DNA from: Candidatus Staskawiczbacteria bacterium RIFCSPLOWO2_01_FULL_33_13
GTDB taxonomy: Bacteria > Patescibacteriota > Minisyncoccia > Minisyncoccales > Staskawiczbacteraceae
Length of the DNA stretch: 64,000 nt
NCBI GenBank assembly: GCA_001820215.1
Contig: MHOW01000006.1
Location: forward strand, 47,039-111,038
Direction: 5' to 3'
The notes under the pieces are model-generated. The model made no database searches. It was not told the origin of the DNA and saw only the letters and a program-made list of their open reading frames with translations. The position numbers and the translations under genes were made by a program. Shown here piece by piece: positions 59,001-64,000 of this stretch. Numbering within the stretch: position 1 is the stretch's first letter; each line of letters starts with the position of its first letter.

Positions 59001-59600
59001 TGAGTCAATAAACAATCCTACTAGCACCACGGAAAAATTAATTAAAATGGCGGTTATTATTATTTTAGGCAGTAAGGCTTTTGCCTTATCAACCATAAAT
59101 CCTAAAATCATCATGGTGCTGGCGGCTATAAATCCTAATACTATTAGCATATTGGCCCAGCTTTTTACCACATTCCATGCGGTGAGAAATTCGGCTCTCC
59201 TAGTTATTGAAAGGTCGGGGTTGTTTATCATTTGGTCTAATACAAACCTGAATAAAACCGCAGATCCATACGCTATATAGAAAAAGATAATAGAGATAAG
59301 ATTAGATATCAATACGACAATAGTAGCAGGCCAGTTAGTGCTTCCCGACATTGCTTCTGAAAATATTTCCCACCCTGTTGCAACAAGGTTTGCCATAAAT
59401 GCAATTCCTTGTGCGGTAAGAACTACGGCATTACCGCTACCAATAACAATATTGCCAAGTGTGGTGCTAAAATCAGTAAACCAGTTAGCTGAAGCTATAT
59501 TTGGCAGAGAAATTCCTATTAAAAAAGCAAACAAAAAAACAGAAAATAGTATTTTCTTTTGTTTAAATATTTTTAATATAGACCTAAAAAAATCAGGCAT
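56091..59600 (-). CDS. VirB6/TrbL-like polytopic membrane protein with about 750-aa charged C-terminal extension
   Basis: N-terminal about 400 aa with at least 6-8 TM helices. Long K/E-rich soluble C-terminus. Confidence 0.45.
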   Translation of the reverse strand: MPDFFRSILKIFKQKKILFSVFLFAFLIGISLPNIASANWFTDFSTTLGNIVIGSGNAVVLTAQGIAFMANLVATGWEIFSEAMSGSTNWPATIVVLISNLISIIFFYIAYGSAVLFRFVLDQMINNPDLSITRRAEFLTAWNVVKSWANMLIVLGFIAASTMMILGFMVDKAKALLPKIIITAILINFSVVLVGLFIDSSNIIMRSLTVGGDQEANIVLIIDDVWNETIWELEPIAETNIYKAFAYFGINLLFDALYFFVAFILFCFALLLIQRYVLLAILFVLSPLAFALNVFPYEKAQKLFGDWWGQFLKYCFIGLGAAFFLNLSVNVLRAYNWVFTGDTVTALVNLTFQFIIVVGFLAIGMHLTYKSSGPIASAVMSVATKIASAIITGGTSTAMAGMKRTGITDGLKDVKNKVADSRLVSWGRDKIYGKGKSETVKKDREAKELDPVREQFKNIKDVKKLASIAENGTAAESAVATEMLARNGTLDAIKDKSQRDRIVKQAVSQGVSARDIASFDPDYATLNKGAMAEAQRKLIGTTAVGSVNLANNKTGRDLQYTEDDIVNPNSLLGTMMKKQAEQIVTRQAASTADRKFATEASDIDLRTMVDEGGWRGAAATDELTRRELLHTKETDPNKIDQLLKENDYYGLSTRRNYQKQDIRMNAFDKEAVKRIQSETDSDGIHIFGEDSAAKEEVVRRKAETLNAYDIERLDSSVLGGKYGAVIARQIANSPQQMRAVDDKAGPKLKKAVYASLVADVDDPEYIKNLAQIPSAMMEDAISGATKEVKEEIRKRFYTTKAIHRAGNSPEGFKDLEKYVQGVGTSSEEAENLRAFVTGANKLPEQNIEEAKPDDTKPYDPQMRPGEGSKIVGVKGNFGEIRMSPVDEAKIEKDETTEALGVVSKIGGGYLSEEEQKQLAGEVAGLRAKVRRKEILRKKRVDEGQLSPGERDESIKILDELKEYGIDEQTPFISHKEAYNHVEAKKMKQEGIKLTTNERDGLIEKIVDLKKSNKSTAKQYDASGVPPTFPSFGELKAVFEDSNSFNKDPKYYSGRFEEEKRKILREKLTAKRRAASKATDKDKAQDIAQWGGKYGFKTNPIEYLKRIKARIEGKEEFTDMEKAKIAERMIELNKRIKETGREYMSLEDAYEVIADEMKGEIMQEKLKEKG

Positions 59601-59613
59601 AATTTCTTACTAC

Positions 59614-59719
59614 TTTGAGTTACGAAATGCTCAAATAAAAAATGGGTTTCTGGTCTTTTATCCAAATTTTCAACCTAAAATTTGAAAAAAATACCTCGAA
59701 AGCATTTCGTAACTCAAAG
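59614..59719. repeat. MITE family 1 short copy
   Basis: Terminal repeats tttgagttacgaaatgc / gcatttcgtaactcaaag. Interior nearly identical to copy 23303. Confidence 0.6.
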
Positions 59720-59768
59720 TTATTCGAAAACTAGCGCAAATTAAGGAATTATATCACATGTTATTTAT

Positions 59769-60593
59769 TTATGGATGTTGATAACTATTTGCTAGATTTT
59801 TCCAATCTTCAATAGAAAGAGTTTCTGCTCTTTGTTTTGGATTGGTAGTATTTTTTAATAGCCACAAATTTACTTTTTCCCTGTTTATTTTTAATGATTT
59901 AGAAAAGTTATTTGCTAATTGTTTGCGTGGCTGACTGAAGCCAGATTTTACAATTTTAAAGAATTTTTCATGAGAAATTTCTTCAGATTTTTTAAAAGGA
60001 ATGATTTTTATAATCGCTGAATCAACCTTTGGAGAGGGCCAAAAGCATTTTTTTGAAATATAGGAAATGATTTTTGGTTTGGCATAAAATTGTACAGATA
60101 CTGAAAGTAAGCTCATATTGGGCGGACTAGAACAAATTCTTTGGCCCACTTCTTTTTGAACCATCAATACCATGCTCTCTGGGGGATTTGCAGATTCTAA
60201 AAATTTTCTAATGATTGGTGAGGTTATATAGTATGGGATATTGGCAACTACCTTATAGTGAGTTGGTAGTGAATAGTTGGTATCAAGGAGAGCGTTTCCA
60301 TGGATAATTTCTACATTTTTGTAATCTTTTAGAGTTTCTTTTAATATTTGCACCATTGCGTTATCTTTTTCTATTGCAATGATTTTTTTTGTTTTTTGCG
60401 CCAATTCTTTTGTAAGACCTCCCAAGCCTGGCCCTATTTCTAAAATGGTGTCTTTTGGGTTTAATTCTGCTGCTTCAATAATTTTATTTAAAGTAAAATC
60501 ATCTATTAAAAAATTCTGACCCATTGTTTTTGAGGGGCTTGAGTCATACTTATCTAAAAGATTTTTTATTTCATTTACAGAAAGTAAATTCAT
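59769..60593 (-). CDS. rsmA: 16S rRNA (adenine1518/1519-N6)-dimethyltransferase
   Basis: MGQNFLID...LEIGPGLGGLT SAM-binding motif. Confidence 0.85.
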   Translation of the reverse strand: MNLLSVNEIKNLLDKYDSSPSKTMGQNFLIDDFTLNKIIEAAELNPKDTILEIGPGLGGLTKELAQKTKKIIAIEKDNAMVQILKETLKDYKNVEIIHGNALLDTNYSLPTHYKVVANIPYYITSPIIRKFLESANPPESMVLMVQKEVGQRICSSPPNMSLLSVSVQFYAKPKIISYISKKCFWPSPKVDSAIIKIIPFKKSEEISHEKFFKIVKSGFSQPRKQLANNFSKSLKINREKVNLWLLKNTTNPKQRAETLSIEDWKNLANSYQHP

Positions 60594-60690
60594 TAGTTTT
60601 TGAATTATTTTTTCATTATATCATAATGAATAGGTTGTAAGTGAATCTATTGACCAAGGCTTTTGAGGATGATAAGATTAATGTATTACC

Positions 60691-61833
60691 TTGTTTACAT
60701 TTTTCTACAAAAAATTCATCTATTTGAAGAGCTTTGTTAAAGGTGAATCTAAAACCAAAAAAACCTCATCTGGATTTGCGCGGCACCTAGAATTTAAAAA
60801 GGGATTTTTGAAGAACCCGTTTTTTTATTTCGGGTTTTTTTCTTTGTTTTTATTTGGATTATTGTTTTTTAGTTCGGATGGTTTAGTGGGAATTAGCCAT
60901 TCTAAAAACAATGCAGCTGGATTTTACAAAAATATAGATAATTCAGAAAATAATGATTTATTTTTCAATCAAAATAAATTACTTGCTGTTGAAACCCCGG
61001 ATTTAAAAATAATCCAAGATAATTTTGTGTATGGTATTTCTACGCCTCATATTGTAACAACACAAGTTTTAGGTTCTATGTTTGGTGAATCTTCCTTGGT
61101 TGATAGAAAGGAAATCATTGAATATTCTGTTGAATCGGGAGATACTATTAAGGGCGTTGCAGGGAAGTTTGGCGTTTCGGAAGATACGATAGCTTGGGCT
61201 AATAATATTTCTAAAAATTCAGCCCTTAAGGTTGGCCAGACTCTTGTTATTTTACCGGTTTCTGGTGTTTTACATATTGTGAAAGCAGGAGATACTATAG
61301 GTGCAATAAGCAAAACCTATAAGGCAAAAATGGAAGATATTATTTCTACTAATAGCCTTTCGGGAGAATTAGATATTTTTATTGGGGATATTTTAATTAT
61401 TAAAGGCGGATCAATGCCCCCAAAACCAATATCTTCTATTGTGAGCGCACCTTTAAATGAAAGTTTGTTTATCTATCCAGCAGAGGGGCAAATTACCCAG
61501 GGACTCCATTTTTATAACGCGGTAGATCTTGCTAATAAATGCGGAGCTCCTGTATATGCTGCGGCTTCTGGTGTAGTACAGCGAGTAAGATATGGTTGGA
61601 ATTTTGGGGGTGGAAATCAGGTTACCATTTTACATGCAGGTGGAATTGTAACTTATTATGGCCACCTTATGACTATTTTTGTAAAACCCGGCGATAGTAT
61701 TGATGTGGGTCAAAGGTTGGGGCTTATGGGGAGCACGGGGCTTTCTACGGGATGCCATGTGCATTTTGGTGTTACTGGTGCCAAAAATCCCTTGGCTAAA
61801 TTTTTCATTGGAAGTGTGATTAAATATAAATAA
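60691..61833 (+). CDS. LysM domain + M23 family metallopeptidase
   Basis: N-terminal TM. LysM (DTIKGVAGKFGVSEDTIAWANN). M23 HxH (GCHVHFG). Confidence 0.8.
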   Translation: MFTFFYKKFIYLKSFVKGESKTKKTSSGFARHLEFKKGFLKNPFFYFGFFSLFLFGLLFFSSDGLVGISHSKNNAAGFYKNIDNSENNDLFFNQNKLLAVETPDLKIIQDNFVYGISTPHIVTTQVLGSMFGESSLVDRKEIIEYSVESGDTIKGVAGKFGVSEDTIAWANNISKNSALKVGQTLVILPVSGVLHIVKAGDTIGAISKTYKAKMEDIISTNSLSGELDIFIGDILIIKGGSMPPKPISSIVSAPLNESLFIYPAEGQITQGLHFYNAVDLANKCGAPVYAAASGVVQRVRYGWNFGGGNQVTILHAGGIVTYYGHLMTIFVKPGDSIDVGQRLGLMGSTGLSTGCHVHFGVTGAKNPLAKFFIGSVIKYK

Positions 61834-61852
61834 ATATATGTCTTGGTAAACA

Positions 61853-61879
61853 TAAAAAACAGCGCATGCGCTGTTTTTT
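61853..61879. terminator. Rho-independent terminator (bidirectional)
   Basis: aaaaaacagcgcatgcgctgtttttt. Confidence 0.7.
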
Positions 61880-61911
61880 ATTGTATTTAAATATTACTTT
61901 TAATTTTTTAA

Positions 61912-63435
61912 TTAGTCTTTTAGTCTATACATTAATGCTTCTGCGATGTGGTCGTGTTGAATATTTTCTGTTCCCGCTAAGTCAGCGATAGTACGAGCTA
62001 CTTTTAAAATTCTATGGTAACCTCGCGCAGAAAGTTTTCCCGAATCAACAAATTGTTTTAACAATATTTGAGACTTTGCATCATGAGTACAATACTTTTT
62101 AATTTCGGGGATTTGCATTTCAGAATTTACTAAAATTTTATCGTTTTTGAAACGCTCTTTTTGAATCTCTCGCACCCTTTCTATTTTTGCCTTTATAATA
62201 CTGCTTTGGTTATCAGTTGAGTCGTGATCTGCCAGTTTTTCATATTTTACAGCAGGAACTTCAATAAAAATATCAATTCTGTCCATTAGGGGCCCCGAAA
62301 GCTTCCTTTTATACATTGAAACTTGTGAAGGCGAACAGATGCAGGCTTTTTCTGGGCTATTTAAAAAACCACACGGACAAGGATTGCTGGCACCCACGAG
62401 CATAAATCGACTTGGAAATGTGAGAGTATTTTTAGCGCGTGAAATAGTAATCTTGCCTTCTTCTATTGGTTGCCTGAGTGATTCTAATACATCTCGATGA
62501 AACTCTGGAAACTCATCTAAAAATAAAACCCCTCTATGAGCTAGTGTAATTTCTCCAGGTCGCAATGGCGTTCCGCCACCTAACAATGAAGCTTCTGAGG
62601 CAATGTGATGAGGGGCACGAAAAGGCCTCTGGTTTACCATTGTTTCATTCTCTTTCAGTAAGCCTGCTACACTATAAATTTTAGTAACCTCTAAGGCCTC
62701 GGTAAAGTTAAGTGCTGGCAAAATAGAGGGAAGTGCTTTTGCTAATAAACTTTTTCCGCCCCCAGGAGGTCCAGAGAAAAACAGATTATGTGCGCCTGCG
62801 GCCGTAATTTCTAAGGCGCGCTTGGCATATTCTTGACCCTTCACCCAACTAATATCAACCATATTTCCTACCTGCGAGGGCGAGTCTTGGTTTTTGACTG
62901 TATGTGGCTCAATCTTTAATCTTTTCTCCAAGTAAGCAAGGGCTTCTGATAAAGAGTCAACGCCGATAATTTTTACTTCTTTAATTAAAGCAGCTTCATT
63001 AGCATTTTGCTTAGGTAAAATTAACTCTTCAAATCCCTTTTTTGCAGCCAATAACGCAAAAGACAAAGCTCCTTTTATGGGTCTTAGTTTTCCATCTAAA
63101 GAAAGTTCTCCTAAAAATATTTTGTCTTCCGGGTTAAAATTAGTTTGTTTTGAAGCAATTAAAAAAGCCAATGCAATTGGCAAATCGTACAAAGAACCCT
63201 CTTTTTTTAAGTCAGCCGGCGCTAAGTTTACTAAAATTCTAAGAGTTCTACTATGAGGTGATAATAATTTAGAGCTTTTAATTGCAGATTCTATTCTCTC
63301 TTGAGATTCTACAATGCTTTTGTCGGGCAGTCCAACAATAGTAAAAGATCGCAATCCGTGTGACACATCAATTTCTACTTCAACTAACTGTGCATCTAAT
63401 CCTACAATGGCAGCTGAAAAAACTTTTGAAGGCAT
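61912..63435 (-). CDS. comM: YifB/ComM family Mg-chelatase-like AAA+ ATPase
   Basis: N-terminus MPSKVFSAAIVGLDAQLVEVEIDVSHGLRSFTIVGLPD. Walker A GPPGGGKS. C4 cluster. Confidence 0.8.
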   Translation of the reverse strand: MPSKVFSAAIVGLDAQLVEVEIDVSHGLRSFTIVGLPDKSIVESQERIESAIKSSKLLSPHSRTLRILVNLAPADLKKEGSLYDLPIALAFLIASKQTNFNPEDKIFLGELSLDGKLRPIKGALSFALLAAKKGFEELILPKQNANEAALIKEVKIIGVDSLSEALAYLEKRLKIEPHTVKNQDSPSQVGNMVDISWVKGQEYAKRALEITAAGAHNLFFSGPPGGGKSLLAKALPSILPALNFTEALEVTKIYSVAGLLKENETMVNQRPFRAPHHIASEASLLGGGTPLRPGEITLAHRGVLFLDEFPEFHRDVLESLRQPIEEGKITISRAKNTLTFPSRFMLVGASNPCPCGFLNSPEKACICSPSQVSMYKRKLSGPLMDRIDIFIEVPAVKYEKLADHDSTDNQSSIIKAKIERVREIQKERFKNDKILVNSEMQIPEIKKYCTHDAKSQILLKQFVDSGKLSARGYHRILKVARTIADLAGTENIQHDHIAEALMYRLKD

Positions 63436-63527
63436 TTTTCAAGCGACACTAATTACTAATCCCACGCTAATTTACCAATATGATATTCGTAAATTCGAGT
63501 GTTATTTGTATATTGGAGTCGCTATTT

Positions 63528-63890
63528 TTATTTATCTTCATTGCACTTCATACATAGCCTTGCTTCTGGGCATACTAGGAGTCTTTTTTCTTCTATATCT
63601 TTATTACATTTTTCACATTTTCCATATTCTTCTTTTGCAATTTTTTCCATGGCTAAATTCACATCTTTAAGCCTTAATTCAAGATTATGCTCTAGGCTGA
63701 TAAGATTGTCATATTCTTGTGATTCATCTGCTTCTTCCTCCATATTCCCTTTTTCTCGTTCAGAGTGGCGCACATCCCAATTATTTTTTATATTCTTATC
63801 CTCCTTAGCAAACATTTCCAATTCTTTTTCTAAGGCAGATTTTTCCTCTTTTAGCTGTTTTTTTAATTTTTCAATTAGTTCTTTTTTCAT
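63528..63890 (-). CDS. TraR/DksA-family C4 zinc-finger protein
   Basis: C-terminal CEKCNKDIEEKRLLVCPEARLCMKC with an N-terminal coiled coil. Confidence 0.55.
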   Translation of the reverse strand: MKKELIEKLKKQLKEEKSALEKELEMFAKEDKNIKNNWDVRHSEREKGNMEEEADESQEYDNLISLEHNLELRLKDVNLAMEKIAKEEYGKCEKCNKDIEEKRLLVCPEARLCMKCNEDK

Positions 63891-64000
63891 TTTTACAAGT
63901 ATCTGTAACGATAATAATTACCAATTGTGCTTCGATCCATAAAAACCATTAAAAGTTTCTCGCAAAATAGATAAATTAGAATCGCTATTATTATTCGCTC

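Noticed and set aside
425-63942. Numerous 60-140-aa ORFs antisense to or overlapping large genes (e.g. 425..616, 1427..1618, 2186..2620, 8518..8715, 26133..26486, 58351..58545)
   Set aside because: They lie entirely within well-supported longer genes on the opposite strand or in another frame. Their low-complexity composition is typical of shadow ORFs in AT-rich DNA.

Overview
The window is AT-rich (roughly 30% GC by eye) and densely coding, with short intergenic regions. It reads as a chromosomal core segment of a small-genome bacterium, most likely Candidate Phyla Radiation / Patescibacteria-like (lamin-tail-domain surface protein, PrgI-like and giant VirB6-like membrane proteins). That placement is inference from gene content. 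TGA is used as a stop codon (M16 peptidase / AI-2E transporter overlap ATGA), so the code is standard.

Recognisable housekeeping genes:
- Aminoacyl-tRNA synthetases: glyQS, metG, leuS.
- tRNA modification: tsaC, tsaE.
- Replication and DNA repair: glyA, tatD, topA, dprA, ruvA, ruvB, ruvC, uvrB, mutM/fpg, a 5'-3' exonuclease, holA, rpsT, PBP1A, ksgA, comM/yifB.
- Replication-origin neighbourhood: dnaN<-dnaA<-[AT-rich region with DnaA boxes]->rpmH-rnpA-yidC-jag.
- One RNA gene: tRNA-Leu(CAA) on the minus strand.

Accessory and unusual content:
1. A minus-strand type-IV-secretion-like cluster at 50333-59600. It holds a VirB4 ATPase, a 1169-aa VirB6/TrbL-like protein, a PrgI/VirB3-like protein and a pilin-like protein fused to a GC-richer C-terminal domain. 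Inside the cluster sits an intervening-sequence-like cassette: a four-helix-bundle ORF bracketed by a 34-bp inverted repeat.
2. A REP-associated tyrosine transposase (RAYT / IS200-like) flanked by GACGACGCCCGACGTCGTC palindromes, with one copy in-frame inside its own gene.
3. A free-standing LAGLIDADG endonuclease gene between dprA and topA.
4. At least two modular, nested MITE-like inverted-repeat families (terminal repeats TTGAATTACGAAATGC and TAGACCTACTGCGTAAAG) in many intergenic gaps.
5. In-frame 7-bp tandem repeats and GC-rich mini-insertions inside essential genes (leuS, uvrB, tsaE, a Mur ligase, holA).
6. An operon of paralogous acidic coiled-coil proteins (790, 161 and 74 aa) with no recognisable family.
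7. A 60-aa hyper-acidic protein behind a near-consensus sigma70 promoter.

No CRISPR array, rRNA or prophage structural genes were seen.
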